A stretch of DNA of 64,000 nt from Candidatus Obscuribacterales bacterium (GTDB lineage Bacteria > Cyanobacteriota > Vampirovibrionia > Obscuribacterales > Obscuribacteraceae): NCBI GenBank assembly GCA_965228855.1, contig CBDDIJ010000005.1:1536001-1600000 (forward strand), written 5' to 3'. Shown one piece after another: positions 20,967 to 31,349 of this stretch; position 1 is the first letter of the stretch; each line of letters begins with the position of its first letter. The position numbers were made by a program, and so were the translations under genes. The notes below the pieces were generated by a model. That model saw only the letters and a list, made by a program, of their open reading frames with translations. It was not told where the DNA came from and searched no databases.

Positions 20967-21488
20967 TCATCTTCTCCGATTGTCAGCCAGCTTCTCTTTC
21001 GAAAACTCGACAATCGGTCTGTATGCAGCCGGCAGGGTACCGTCATCGAAAGTAATTTCGCGAGTCCTGGTGCCATCGTTGACACTGAATTGATAGACGA
21101 ACATGTCCGCAGCGCCTTTCGTGATGCGCTCCTCACCTTTGGTTTCAAGAAGACCGCTATCCTTGATCAACCCCTCGAGCTTTTCACGCTCGTCCGCTTT
21201 CATGTCAGCCAGCTTCACGCTATAGCTTTTGTCCATACCAATAAATCCACCCGACTGATGGAAGGTAAAACTCTCAATCTTATCCATTCGCTTCTCCACA
21301 CGCTTCTCGGTTTTTCGCTCCACACGGTCACCCTTGCGTACCGCCTTGTCTTCAATCTTCTGCTCGCGCTTGCAGCTACCATCAGCCGTGCAGCAATCCT
21401 CACCGGCAAGACCAGGAGCCACAAAAACAATTGAAGATAAACCGCCCGCTACCAACGCAGCCATCAAACTCAAAACAGTTCCGCGCAT
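20967..21488 (-). CDS. Emfourin (protealysin inhibitor, M4in)-like protein with N-terminal signal peptide
   Basis: FHQSGGFIG...GAADMFVYQFSV..G..T.EITFDD...P..YRPIVE matches the emfourin pattern (SGGxxG, D.F.Y.I.I). Confidence 0.7.
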   Translation of the reverse strand: MRGTVLSLMAALVAGGLSSIVFVAPGLAGEDCCTADGSCKREQKIEDKAVRKGDRVERKTEKRVEKRMDKIESFTFHQSGGFIGMDKSYSVKLADMKADEREKLEGLIKDSGLLETKGEERITKGAADMFVYQFSVNDGTRTREITFDDGTLPAAYRPIVEFSKEKLADNRRR

Positions 21489-21579
21489 AACTTTCACCCT
21501 CAAGCCTCGCCAAAGTCTACCGCAAAACGGACGCTAAACAGCGACCAATGTTTCAACTATTCGCGTTTCCCCTTATCAG

Positions 21580-22284
21580 CTAATCGGCATGTGCACGAAC
21601 TAATAACGCCTGTTTGCTTTCCTGGCGTTTTGTTAGGCGTTGGACCACGATGATTCCTAAGCCGGCGGCGGCGGCGGACACCAGTTGATCGATGAAGCTT
21701 ACGAAATAAAAGCTCGACAAAATTTGCAGATCAGCCGGATTTGTTTTGGCAACAGCTTTGGCGAGCACGTTGCTGAAAACTCCACCGAAGACGTAAAGCA
21801 CGAAGCACAGCCACCATAGCCATAGAACGGGCGGAACTTTTGACAGCTTCCATTGCTCCTCGTCGAGCGCCTCGGGATTACTCGCTTTCCAAATCTCAGC
21901 CATGATGAAGTAAGGCCACACCAGAGAAACCAGTGGAATGAACCAGGAAAAGATGCAAGCCACCGTTGGATTCTTCACTCCACGCGCGTTCAAGTCCCAC
22001 AGATTCAAATGACACCGCCGCATCCAGACGATAAACAACGCTGCCAAAACTGCCTGCACAACGACGTTTACGAAAACGACGCTCCGCTCCATCGAGTCAA
22101 CCGAATCGCCCTCTGCCTTCGTGACATTTTTCTGCGAAGTTATTTGATCGACGAAATTCAAACCGGTGACATTAACGCCCGCCCGAGCCAACGAACTGAA
22201 GATCATCAGCGCAAACGCTACTACGACCGCTAAGGCGAGACGTGAAGGACTTTTGTATCTCGTATCTTTCACAAACAGCTCCAA
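21580..22284 (-). CDS. DUF4328-domain membrane protein
   Basis: FIVWMRRCHLN, SWFIPLVSLVWPY..MAEIWKAS, LWLWW motifs. Confidence 0.82.
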   Translation of the reverse strand: MELFVKDTRYKSPSRLALAVVVAFALMIFSSLARAGVNVTGLNFVDQITSQKNVTKAEGDSVDSMERSVVFVNVVVQAVLAALFIVWMRRCHLNLWDLNARGVKNPTVACIFSWFIPLVSLVWPYFIMAEIWKASNPEALDEEQWKLSKVPPVLWLWWLCFVLYVFGGVFSNVLAKAVAKTNPADLQILSSFYFVSFIDQLVSAAAAGLGIIVVQRLTKRQESKQALLVRAHAD

Positions 22285-22314
22285 CTGTTCGACGCCGAAC
22301 GAAGTCCGTTTATC

Positions 22315-23910
22315 TTAGCGCTTAGAGTCGTCGGGCGCATACAGTTGTTGCAAATCTCCATTTCCCGTTACGTAGTCAACTTTCTTGTAGCCTTTGTTTA
22401 TCGAATCCAGCATAGCGTCGGACCAGAAAAAAGGAGGCTTGTTGTTTAAGCTGTCATTCAAATTGATAATCACAACCGGATATTTCTTCTGCGCAAGGTC
22501 TTTCTCCAGGTCTGACAGTGAACGCTTGTCCCTGTCCCAGACCTGCAAAAATGTGGCAACGTCGACGAACAACGGTTTAGCACCACATACGATGGCAATC
22601 GTCGGGTCTTCAACAAATATCGTTTGCTCAGCAACCTTTAGCTGTTTCAAATCCTCGACCGATTTACCCATGCGGTTCGAAAGATTGTACATTATGGGCA
22701 CCTGAGTTCCCAGGATGTAGGTACAAAGCGCGCTTGCCAGGATCATGGTCGTTCCCAGCGACAGCGGATACGCCTCGATAAAAACCACAGTCAGCCAACT
22801 CAGCGAGCAATAGAAGAGCATGCCGTGATTTAAATTTGCATGCACTGTTCCAATCGTATAGACGGTCAGTGCTCCACTGATCACAGCCAGGGAAAACGGC
22901 AGTACCAGCCGCCCTCGGCCTTTGCCATTCATCCACCAGAGCAGTGCCAGCGTCGGGACCATTACGACTTTAGGCCAATCGACACCCAACAGGTGCAGAT
23001 GTTTGTTCAACTCGGCTGAAGAAAAGGGAACGTTGAACGCAAATGTAATATGCTGCAAAAAACCGCCGGCAGTAACTGAATTCACGATCAGAAAAACTGC
23101 CCCGCCAAGCGCGAGCGTCGACAGACCATAAATCACCAACTCCGAATATCGCTTCTTAAAGAGCAGATAAACGCACACCGCCGGCAGTATCACAATCGAA
23201 GAAAGTTTCGCACAAATCGCAGCGACACTTATAACGATGCCCGGCAAGAGTTTTACCACGATCGCGGGCACGGCATCGACATTCGCCGTCTGTTTTTTAG
23301 AGACTTTATCTTCGAAGTTTCCCTCGGCTGAATCAAATTGGTAATTGAGCGCATCCGGATTTGTCGGGTCAAACGCCTGCAAATCAACGCTTGAGCTGGT
23401 GGCGTTTAAATAAAAATTGGGATCCTTCTCTTGCGCCCGACCGGTAGCCATTCCCTTTTCCACGGCGCGCACTACAAAGTACATCGCCGCAATAGACAAT
23501 GCCAGGGCAAGCATATCCACGCGAGCCTTGAGCGAACCAGACCAGATCGAAACGTAACTGGCAAACAAGAGCAGACCAATCGAGATTCGCAAGCGATCCC
23601 GAGTGTACAGGCCGAGTAGTTTGTAAAAGAAAAACAGAGCGCCGACGTCAGACACCATGCTGATGAGCCGAAGACCGGCAAAGTTGTACCCGTACATTTG
23701 AAACGGCGCGCCAATGACGAAATAGAGCGGAGTATAAATCGTCACCGCCCACGGTGCCTGCAACAGGCGCAGCGGGTCGTAAATGTTGTGCCCCTTCGCC
23801 AGCTCCATCGCAGCCCAGAGAGCCGGTCCTTCATACTCGAGAGCCAGCGGCGACAAGAGCGCAATGAACCAACTGATTAAATAGACCCCCAGAAGCCCGA
23901 CGGCGGTCAA
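22315..23910 (-). CDS. GT-C-like (ArnT/PMT_2-type) membrane glycosyltransferase
   Basis: EYEG first loop, IYTPLY, RLIS and ARVDMLA motifs; the frame also allows a CTG start at 23949 overlapping the upstream stop. Confidence 0.68.
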   Translation of the reverse strand: MTAVGLLGVYLISWFIALLSPLALEYEGPALWAAMELAKGHNIYDPLRLLQAPWAVTIYTPLYFVIGAPFQMYGYNFAGLRLISMVSDVGALFFFYKLLGLYTRDRLRISIGLLLFASYVSIWSGSLKARVDMLALALSIAAMYFVVRAVEKGMATGRAQEKDPNFYLNATSSSVDLQAFDPTNPDALNYQFDSAEGNFEDKVSKKQTANVDAVPAIVVKLLPGIVISVAAICAKLSSIVILPAVCVYLLFKKRYSELVIYGLSTLALGGAVFLIVNSVTAGGFLQHITFAFNVPFSSAELNKHLHLLGVDWPKVVMVPTLALLWWMNGKGRGRLVLPFSLAVISGALTVYTIGTVHANLNHGMLFYCSLSWLTVVFIEAYPLSLGTTMILASALCTYILGTQVPIMYNLSNRMGKSVEDLKQLKVAEQTIFVEDPTIAIVCGAKPLFVDVATFLQVWDRDKRSLSDLEKDLAQKKYPVVIINLNDSLNNKPPFFWSDAMLDSINKGYKKVDYVTGNGDLQQLYAPDDSKR

Positions 23911-23945
23911 GATCGTGAGCGCCCAGACTAGCTTCCGTGCGTAGG

Positions 23946-25520
23946 TCAGTTGGTTTTCTCCTCGTGGTATTCTTGCTCGGTGTTTGTAGCCCAGACGTTA
24001 TCTTTCGATGTCACGCCGGCAACGATATTATCCACCGCGGTCATCGACGCAAGCATGGAATGGTCCTGGTTGTTGTATTTGTGCATGCCGTTTCGGCCTA
24101 CGAGGAAGAGGTTCTCGATGGTATCGATCCACTCCCGAAGTTCTTCGAAACGATCGTAGGTGCCGAAATAACCAGGATAGGTTTTCGGCATGCGAACGAC
24201 TGTTCCGTCTATCACATCAGCTTTGTCGATAATACCAATCTTTTGCAGTTCGTCACCGCCAAGCTCGACCAATTTGTCATCTTGCCAGGTCCAGATCGGG
24301 TCCGTTTCATTACAGAAATACTCGAGACCCAACCACACGTTCTCTGGATCAGCGACCATCGAAGGTCCCCAGTTGTTATAGATCTGCATGCGGCCGACCA
24401 GCACATCGCTTTCTTGCACATAAATCCAGTTGTCCAGGATCAAACTTCTGCCGCCGGCCTCGACGTCTTTGACCTTCATTTTCTTCACGAGGAGGCAGAC
24501 TTCGATAAAGTCTCGGTAAACCAGTCCAGCTGCGATTTCTCTGATGTGCTGAGGTACATCGCAGTCAAGTTTAGCCACTAACTCCTTGATCGGCATCGTC
24601 GAAAAGAAATACTCACCGGTCATCTCTTTGGTCTCGCCGGTCTTCGTATCGCGCACCGTCACCGATACCACTCGCTTGTTCTCGACTTTGACCTTTTCGA
24701 CTTCTTGATTCATGGCGATGTCGCCGCCTTTTTCCTGGACCTTGCGGGCGGTTTCGGCCCACATACTTCCAGTGCCGTTTTTCGGGTAAAGGAACTGTTC
24801 GACCAGCGACGTCTCCGTTCCCTTCTGGCGAAGGTCACCGGTGCCGGCGAATACTTTTTTGACGGCGTGTCCCAGCACTTTGAAGATGTTCAGACCTTTG
24901 ATGCGCTGAGCGCCCCATGCCGCACTGATTTTATGACACTCGATGCCCCAGACTTTCTCAGTGTAGTCTTTGAAAAACGTGCGATAAAGCTCTTTCCCGA
25001 ATCGGTTGGTGATGAATTGTTCGAGGTTTTCTTCAGGCTTGATCGGGAAGGCAGCGGCTTTCAGATAACTCAAACCGATTTTGACTGTTTTCACCGGACC
25101 AAGATTCGAGAATGTTTGAACCTTCAAACTGATCGGATAATCAAAAAATTTGCGCAGGTAATAAATTCGCGTTTTGCGCTTCAGCAGTATCATGATGTTA
25201 TCAGTCGATCCAGCTGGCGCGGCACCGCCTGATATGGTGCGTTTCTTGTTCTGATATGTAATTTCGTGAAACCCGTCCGGCAGCGTCTCGATCGGGATCA
25301 TATTCGCCCACCAATCCATGACACGATCGGACTTCGAGAAAAATCGGTGAGGACCGATATCGAATCGGTTGCCCTTGTACTCCATGGTGCGCGAGATTCC
25401 GCCGATTACGTCACTTTTCTCGAGAACGACCGGATGAATATCCGTGCGCTCCAACAGCTCGTACGCCGCCGTGAGTCCGGCAGGACCGGCGCCAACGATG
25501 ATTGCTTTTTTCTCCGACAT
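23946..25520 (-). CDS. FAD-dependent oxidoreductase (UDP-galactopyranose mutase/HemY-like superfamily, sugar-cluster type)
   Basis: [51 protein letters not shown]. Confidence 0.88.
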   Translation of the reverse strand: MSEKKAIIVGAGPAGLTAAYELLERTDIHPVVLEKSDVIGGISRTMEYKGNRFDIGPHRFFSKSDRVMDWWANMIPIETLPDGFHEITYQNKKRTISGGAAPAGSTDNIMILLKRKTRIYYLRKFFDYPISLKVQTFSNLGPVKTVKIGLSYLKAAAFPIKPEENLEQFITNRFGKELYRTFFKDYTEKVWGIECHKISAAWGAQRIKGLNIFKVLGHAVKKVFAGTGDLRQKGTETSLVEQFLYPKNGTGSMWAETARKVQEKGGDIAMNQEVEKVKVENKRVVSVTVRDTKTGETKEMTGEYFFSTMPIKELVAKLDCDVPQHIREIAAGLVYRDFIEVCLLVKKMKVKDVEAGGRSLILDNWIYVQESDVLVGRMQIYNNWGPSMVADPENVWLGLEYFCNETDPIWTWQDDKLVELGGDELQKIGIIDKADVIDGTVVRMPKTYPGYFGTYDRFEELREWIDTIENLFLVGRNGMHKYNNQDHSMLASMTAVDNIVAGVTSKDNVWATNTEQEYHEEKTN

Positions 25521-25678
25521 GAGCCTCAGGGTTCCGAATTGTGAACGAGTAATGCCACTAATACTACACTTCTTGATTTGCAAAGACCATGATGGTGAAT
25601 ATCATCCCTGGAACTTTCTTTAGATAATTGCTTCACAATAACCTCAGTCGCGCTGTCAGTGTCCGCAGGGAGCTTTTG

Positions 25679-26887
25679 ATGAGTCCCGGAAACGCCGTAA
25701 AACTTGGTGAACTGCTTATCCGGTCAGGCATCCTGACATCACAGCAGTTGCTTGAATCCATCGAACTGGCGAAGCAAACGGGCACGCCCATCGGCAGAAT
25801 GCTGGTGATGTGCGGGACCGTGTCGGAAAACGTCCTGCATGGGTCCGTGCAGATACAGTCGCTTTTGCGTGAGAACCAGCTGGAGCTGGACGCCGCAATC
25901 TCTTTGCTGACCATGGTTCACAAAGAAGACATTCCACTTGAGGAAGCCATGCAGCGCACTGGGCGCTCGGTTGAGCCACGCAAACCGACAGTGAAGCTCG
26001 GTGAATTACTGATAGAAGGCGGTTTTTTGCTGCCGGAAGAACTGGAAAAGTTTCTGGCAGACAGCCTGGACGCTGGATTGCCGCTCGGACGAATTCTTCT
26101 TCTTTATGGCTCGATCTCCAAAGAATCGCTCTCCGCCTGCCTCACAGCGCAAGTGCTTGTGCGCGACAACAAGGTTTCACGCGAACAGGCAATCAAGGCT
26201 CTGCAAACGATGCGCCGTCGCAGACTCGATCTCGAAGGCTCGTTGCGCGAACTCGGTTATTATCGCCATCCCATTCGCGCGCACACACTGATCGGAGAAC
26301 TATGCATCAAAGCTGGTTTGATTGACGAAGGCAATGTGCTCAGCGCTCTGGAAACCGCTTTGGAACAGGAGATTCCGGTCGGTCAGGCGATGATTCAAAA
26401 GAATCTGGTCGCACGCGCCTCGCTCGAGATGGCTCTGGAACTGCAACAAATGGTGGTGAACAACACGCTCACCGAGGATCAGGCGGCTCAGGTGTTGAAC
26501 AAAGTCGCCCAGAAAGGTTTTTCACCGACAGCCGCATTGACTGAACTGGCAATCTCGACCGGCACGGAAGACGACACCAGGGGAGTCTGGCAGCTCCTCA
26601 CTGCCGCCGGAGTGATCAACAAGGACGTTCGCCACGCAATATTTCCGCAGACGCCTCCACCGCTTGCAGAACTCGGACAAAAGCTCTTGCAAGCGGAGCT
26701 CATCGACGAGTTTACGTTACATAACGCGTTTCGTTGCCAGTTCTTAATGCGCTCGGGCTTTCTGGCGCTGGAGCAGGCGATCGTGGTTTTAAACCATTGT
26801 CGCTCTCGCCGAATTGCAACAGACGTCGCGCTGAGAGAGTTAAACTGGATAGCCGAGACCAAGATGCAACTCGACAGCGCTGTTTAG
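25679..26887 (+). CDS. Stand-alone protein with tandem MshEN-like repeats
   Basis: Repeated KLGELLI..G.L......L...(x)..P(I/L)GR.L units (three clear, one degenerate); no ATPase domain. Confidence 0.72.
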   Translation: MSPGNAVKLGELLIRSGILTSQQLLESIELAKQTGTPIGRMLVMCGTVSENVLHGSVQIQSLLRENQLELDAAISLLTMVHKEDIPLEEAMQRTGRSVEPRKPTVKLGELLIEGGFLLPEELEKFLADSLDAGLPLGRILLLYGSISKESLSACLTAQVLVRDNKVSREQAIKALQTMRRRRLDLEGSLRELGYYRHPIRAHTLIGELCIKAGLIDEGNVLSALETALEQEIPVGQAMIQKNLVARASLEMALELQQMVVNNTLTEDQAAQVLNKVAQKGFSPTAALTELAISTGTEDDTRGVWQLLTAAGVINKDVRHAIFPQTPPPLAELGQKLLQAELIDEFTLHNAFRCQFLMRSGFLALEQAIVVLNHCRSRRIATDVALRELNWIAETKMQLDSAV

Positions 26888-27089
26888 CGAATCGCTTCGC
26901 CGCGCTGCACTCATCCTCGACTGCTCGAATGCCTCAGCCTTTCCGGCTTCAGGTTAATCGGGGGAATCGCTCGGGTACCAAAAGTTCACAAAATGAACCT
27001 AGAGTATTTGACAACCCCACAAGTAACTTACTACGCCGTTTTTATTCGATGTCCAACCTTGCGCTGCCAGCGCCTTTTAGAGAAAACAG

Positions 27090-28553
27090 ATGGGGTCGTT
27101 AATCACTAACAATATCGACGCGAACAAAGCCGGCGCGACCGGTTCGCTCGTTGGCGACCAGCAAGCAGCACGGAGAAGCGCGAAAATTCTGCCGGTGCAT
27201 TCAAAATCCGCAATTAAACTTTCTCGAATAGCCCGCCAGAAACAGGTTGATGAGCATATCCTGCCCGCGAAGGTCGATGAAGCTATTCTGACCTTTGAAC
27301 CTGAACAGCCGCAATCGTTTGCTCCACTAAGAGAAACAGCGGTGGTCGGACTTTCAACCTTCGATAGCGCGAGTAATGCTGCATCGGGCGAAGATCCCAA
27401 CGTCGATGACAACATTCATATCGTTGGAGACTGGGTCCTCAACTCAATCCCCTGTTTAATTCGCGGTATCGAAGAAGATGCTCCTGTACTCTCGATCCGC
27501 TATCCACGCGGCGCGAAACGCAGATACTTCACTCATCACAGCAATCAACTCACCAAAGTCGAGACTGTTTTAGGTGATGAAGACAAAGAAAAGACGCGGG
27601 TGGTTTACACCAAAGATTTGACCTCGGGTGCCTGGTACATGACCCTGGACGGCATCACATCTCGTTTGCCGGGCGAGATCAGCTTGTCGGACAATGGCGT
27701 GTTTCACGTTCAAGTCGATAATACCGGTCGCTGTCGCCGAGAGTATCCGGATGGAACCATCTCTGTGGACATGGCTTGCAGCGCGCATCACAAGGGCGCG
27801 CACGCTCTCGTTCAAGCGCTCATGTCCGAGGACGACGGAAGCGGCGGCGTCAATAATCGCACGGTTCTCGACCTTCTCAGTGTGGTCAGCCATGACCTGC
27901 GAAGCCCGCTGACTTCGGTTCAGGGTCTGCTTACGCTTCTATCTGCCGGAGCATTTGGCGCCATTCCAGATAAAGCGCGGGAGCGCATAGCCAGCGTGGA
28001 ATCCGATTTAACTCGCCTCACCCGGCTCATCAACGAGCTTCTCGACGCCGAGATGCTGGTCAGCGGTAAGCTAGTCATGCGCCGCCAACTCCTCGACGTG
28101 CAAGATTTGTTTGACGCCGCAGTCGGCTCGCTGAGCGGTTTAGCGCTGCAACAGAAAGTTCAACTGTCAGTCATTAAATCGAATTTGCAACTCTTCGCAG
28201 ACAAAGATCGCCTTGTTCGTGTCCTCGTCAACATAGTGGCAAACGCTATTAAATACTCGCCCAAAGGCGCTACCGTAGTGCTATCCGCCGAGTTCAACGG
28301 TGATTCGGTCATTCTTAAGGTCAAAGATTCCGGTCGGGGAATCGCGACAAAGTATCAAAAGGCAATCTTCGAGCGCTTCCAACAGGTGAGCGAAGGCGAC
28401 TGGAGCGATAAAGGCGGCGTCGGACTCGGGCTAGCCATCAGCAAATCGATTGTCGAAGCTCATGGAGGCGCCATCGGTGTCGAAAGCCAGAAAGGCGCCG
28501 GCAGCACCTTCTGGGTAAGCCTGCCCGCCAATACCCTGACCGAATACGCCTAG
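27090..28553 (+). CDS. Soluble histidine kinase (HisKA + HATPase_c)
   Basis: SHDLRSPLT H-box, NIVANAIKYS N-box, DSGRGI, GGVGLGL, GSTF; no obvious TM. Confidence 0.92.
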   Translation: MGSLITNNIDANKAGATGSLVGDQQAARRSAKILPVHSKSAIKLSRIARQKQVDEHILPAKVDEAILTFEPEQPQSFAPLRETAVVGLSTFDSASNAASGEDPNVDDNIHIVGDWVLNSIPCLIRGIEEDAPVLSIRYPRGAKRRYFTHHSNQLTKVETVLGDEDKEKTRVVYTKDLTSGAWYMTLDGITSRLPGEISLSDNGVFHVQVDNTGRCRREYPDGTISVDMACSAHHKGAHALVQALMSEDDGSGGVNNRTVLDLLSVVSHDLRSPLTSVQGLLTLLSAGAFGAIPDKARERIASVESDLTRLTRLINELLDAEMLVSGKLVMRRQLLDVQDLFDAAVGSLSGLALQQKVQLSVIKSNLQLFADKDRLVRVLVNIVANAIKYSPKGATVVLSAEFNGDSVILKVKDSGRGIATKYQKAIFERFQQVSEGDWSDKGGVGLGLAISKSIVEAHGGAIGVESQKGAGSTFWVSLPANTLTEYA

Positions 28554-28661
28554 ACATTATCAGCCGAGCGCGCAACCCGGTTTATCTGACACATAGTACA
28601 CTTGAAGTGTCCCTTGTAATGGACGTTTCAGCTCGCTCTCTTCCTACGGCGCCTCTGGTCA

Positions 28662-29600
28662 ATGACCGACAGAACTGAAAATACTCAAGACTATCTCTTG
28701 AGCATCGTCATCCCGATGTTCAACGAAGAGCAAGGCGCCAGCGAATGCGTGCGCCGCGTCGCGCGCGTGATCGAAGAATCGCTCGGCTGCCGTTACGAGC
28801 TCATATTCGTGAATGATGGCAGCACAGACCGGACGCTTGAGATTTTGCGACAAGAAAAAGAGCATAATCCGCACGTCAAAATTATCGACTTGAGCAGAAA
28901 CTTTGGACATCAAACAGCCATTACTGCCGGCATCGATCACGCCAGCGGAGACGCGCTCATCGTCATTGACGGCGACCTTCAAGATCCGCCGGAAGTGTTT
29001 CCTCGATTGATAGAAAAGTGGAAAGCCGGGGCGGATATTGTCCACGCAAGACGCACCGCGCGTCATGGCGAATCAGCTTTCACACGTCTTCGAGCAGCGA
29101 CGTTCTACCGCATCATGAGCCAGATTTCGAGCATCGATATTCCAATCGACGTGGGCGATTTCCGATTGATGAGCAAGCGGGTCGTCAATCAACTCAAGGC
29201 GATGAAAGAAACCCGGCGCTATGTCCGCGGCCTGGCGACCTGGGTCGGCTTCAACCAGGAAACGATTGATTATGAACGCGAGGCACGCTTCGCGGGTACG
29301 CCGAGTTACACGTTGAAGACTCTCATGGGCTTAGCGATGTCCGGCATTCTGGGATTCTCGATCATTCCGATGAGACTCGGCATTTATCTGGGAATTCTGG
29401 TCATCACTACGAGCTTCGCATTCGGAGCATATGGAGTCGTGCTGCCGGCAATGGCGCCGAGTTGGACACCACTAATGGTGGCATTACTATTTGTGGGCGG
29501 TTTGCAGTTAATCTGCACGGGTCTAATCGGCGAGTATCTTTATCTCGTACTCGACGGAGTCCGCCAGCGTCCCGTTTACATTGTCAAACAGGAATATTAG
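28662..29600 (+). CDS. GT2 bactoprenol glycosyltransferase (GtrB/YkcC-like)
   Basis: SRNFGHQTA, IDGDLQDPPE, GDFRLMS, LIGEYL...RPVYIV; two C-terminal TMs. Confidence 0.9.
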   Translation: MTDRTENTQDYLLSIVIPMFNEEQGASECVRRVARVIEESLGCRYELIFVNDGSTDRTLEILRQEKEHNPHVKIIDLSRNFGHQTAITAGIDHASGDALIVIDGDLQDPPEVFPRLIEKWKAGADIVHARRTARHGESAFTRLRAATFYRIMSQISSIDIPIDVGDFRLMSKRVVNQLKAMKETRRYVRGLATWVGFNQETIDYEREARFAGTPSYTLKTLMGLAMSGILGFSIIPMRLGIYLGILVITTSFAFGAYGVVLPAMAPSWTPLMVALLFVGGLQLICTGLIGEYLYLVLDGVRQRPVYIVKQEY

Positions 29601-29684
29601 AGAGCGCCTCCTATTTAGTTTAAAATACGTGTCGTATGAAACATGGCAGAATGAACTCAACATCACTGGAGTTGAATCGCTTCA

Positions 29685-30581
29685 ATGAAATTTGGCGCAC
29701 CCCATAGCTGCTTTGACAGCAGATTAACTTGCATCGATTGTCAGGCCCAAGTTTGTCCGCAATGCATGGAGGTCTGCCCTGTCGGCAACCGCTGCAAGAA
29801 GTGCGCCGAACGCTTTACCAGCCACCTGACAAAAGTTTCGCCGAAGATTCTTTTGCAGACTTTGCTTGCGGCCGGTGTCGTCGGTTTCGCCTACGGTTCC
29901 ATTCATAATTTCCTCTTCGGCGGATTCTTCATCTGGTTTCTCATCTACGGCGTCGGCTTTCTCGTCGGTCGCGGGCTGCACAAGGTCGCAAATCACAAAC
30001 TTGGCGGAAAAATCATTGCCACCGTTATTAGTGGCTTACTCATCGGAGCGCTGGCAAGCCCGGCCCGAGACGTCATGCTTGGTCAGTCGGCAAGTTTCGG
30101 ATTTGACGACGAAGACGATTTCGTTAGCATGCCTAAGTCAGGCGACGAATCCGTTGCGGCGGCGGAGGAAACCGCGCGCTTGAGTTTTCCTAATTTCGAA
30201 AAAGCATTCAAATCTCGGGAAGGAGACGATTTCAAGGGACGCACCCTATTTAAAGACGGCGATCTTGTCGAACACCTGTGGTTTAACGTCGAATCCATTG
30301 AGAACGGAAAGCTCACCGGGCGGCTCGCAAATAAACCTGCGGAGCTGGTGAATATCAGAAAAGGCGCTCCGGTTTCCATCACCGTAAATCAACTCGAAGA
30401 CTGGCATTATGTGAATCAGGACGATGTCGGAGTCGGCAACTTCACGGCTCGAGCACAGCGCCGCGCCGCACATCAGAACAACGGATTTGGCATGTTCACT
30501 ACCGGCAGCTTCTGGATGACGTTTGGAATATTCATCGCTGGTGTTCTCAGTCCAATTTTGCGGGTGCGCATGAGGAACTAA
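29685..30581 (+). CDS. Membrane protein with N-terminal B-box-like Zn finger and DUF2314 (YegJ-like) domain
   Basis: CIDC...CPQC...PVGNRCKKC; three TMs; EHLW...GRLANKP...G..V......EDW...G.FT. Confidence 0.62.
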   Translation: MKFGAPHSCFDSRLTCIDCQAQVCPQCMEVCPVGNRCKKCAERFTSHLTKVSPKILLQTLLAAGVVGFAYGSIHNFLFGGFFIWFLIYGVGFLVGRGLHKVANHKLGGKIIATVISGLLIGALASPARDVMLGQSASFGFDDEDDFVSMPKSGDESVAAAEETARLSFPNFEKAFKSREGDDFKGRTLFKDGDLVEHLWFNVESIENGKLTGRLANKPAELVNIRKGAPVSITVNQLEDWHYVNQDDVGVGNFTARAQRRAAHQNNGFGMFTTGSFWMTFGIFIAGVLSPILRVRMRN

Positions 30582-30584
30582 CCA

Positions 30585-31349
30585 ATGCCCACTTCGTATT
30601 CAAAACTGCCGAATCAATTAGTCGAGCAAATGAAGTCGAAGAACATCTGGCAACCGTCATGTCCTGTAGCGTTACAACGACTTGCCCTGGTCAATATTCG
30701 GTACCGGGATTTCGAAAACAAAACGCATGACGACGGCGAACTGGTGGTCATGGATGCTGTAGCGCCACGGGTAGCGCGCATTTTTGATACTTTGTACGAA
30801 AGAAACTTTCCGATCGGAAGAATACGATCACTGCATCATTACGACGGTGACGACGAAAGCTCGATGGCTGACAATAACTCATCGGCTTTCAACTTCAGAG
30901 CAATTGCGGGCAGCACGACTGTTTCCATCCATGGCTATGGATTGGCAATCGACGTAAATCCTCTCCAAAATCCATATTTGACATTTCAAGAATCCGAAGG
31001 CCTTGCGAAAATCCATCCTGCTGAAGGCTGGAGTTTTCTAAACAGAAGCAACCAAAAACCCGGAATGATCGAGCCCATGGTGCAAGTTTTCGCCGACAAT
31101 GGCTTTACGATTTGGGGAGGTCGCTGGACCACACCGATCGACTACCACCACTTTCAGACACCACGCGTAGTGGCAGAGCTTCTTTGCGCTCTTGAAGGAA
31201 ACGAGGGCACTGAATTTTTCGAGCAATTTGCCGATCGCAAGTTGCAATTGCCGGAAACGCCAAATTCGGAAGAAACCGCCAGACTCGTCGCTTACTGCAA
31301 CGAGGACAGAAAAGGTTTCTTCAAGATGATTGGAATGCAGTTAAGTTAA
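30585..31349 (+). CDS. M15 family peptidase (D-Ala-D-Ala carboxypeptidase-like)
   Basis: NNSSAFNFR, SIHGYGLAIDVNP (SxHxxxxAxD), WGGRW...DYHHF. Confidence 0.88.
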   Translation: MPTSYSKLPNQLVEQMKSKNIWQPSCPVALQRLALVNIRYRDFENKTHDDGELVVMDAVAPRVARIFDTLYERNFPIGRIRSLHHYDGDDESSMADNNSSAFNFRAIAGSTTVSIHGYGLAIDVNPLQNPYLTFQESEGLAKIHPAEGWSFLNRSNQKPGMIEPMVQVFADNGFTIWGGRWTTPIDYHHFQTPRVVAELLCALEGNEGTEFFEQFADRKLQLPETPNSEETARLVAYCNEDRKGFFKMIGMQLS

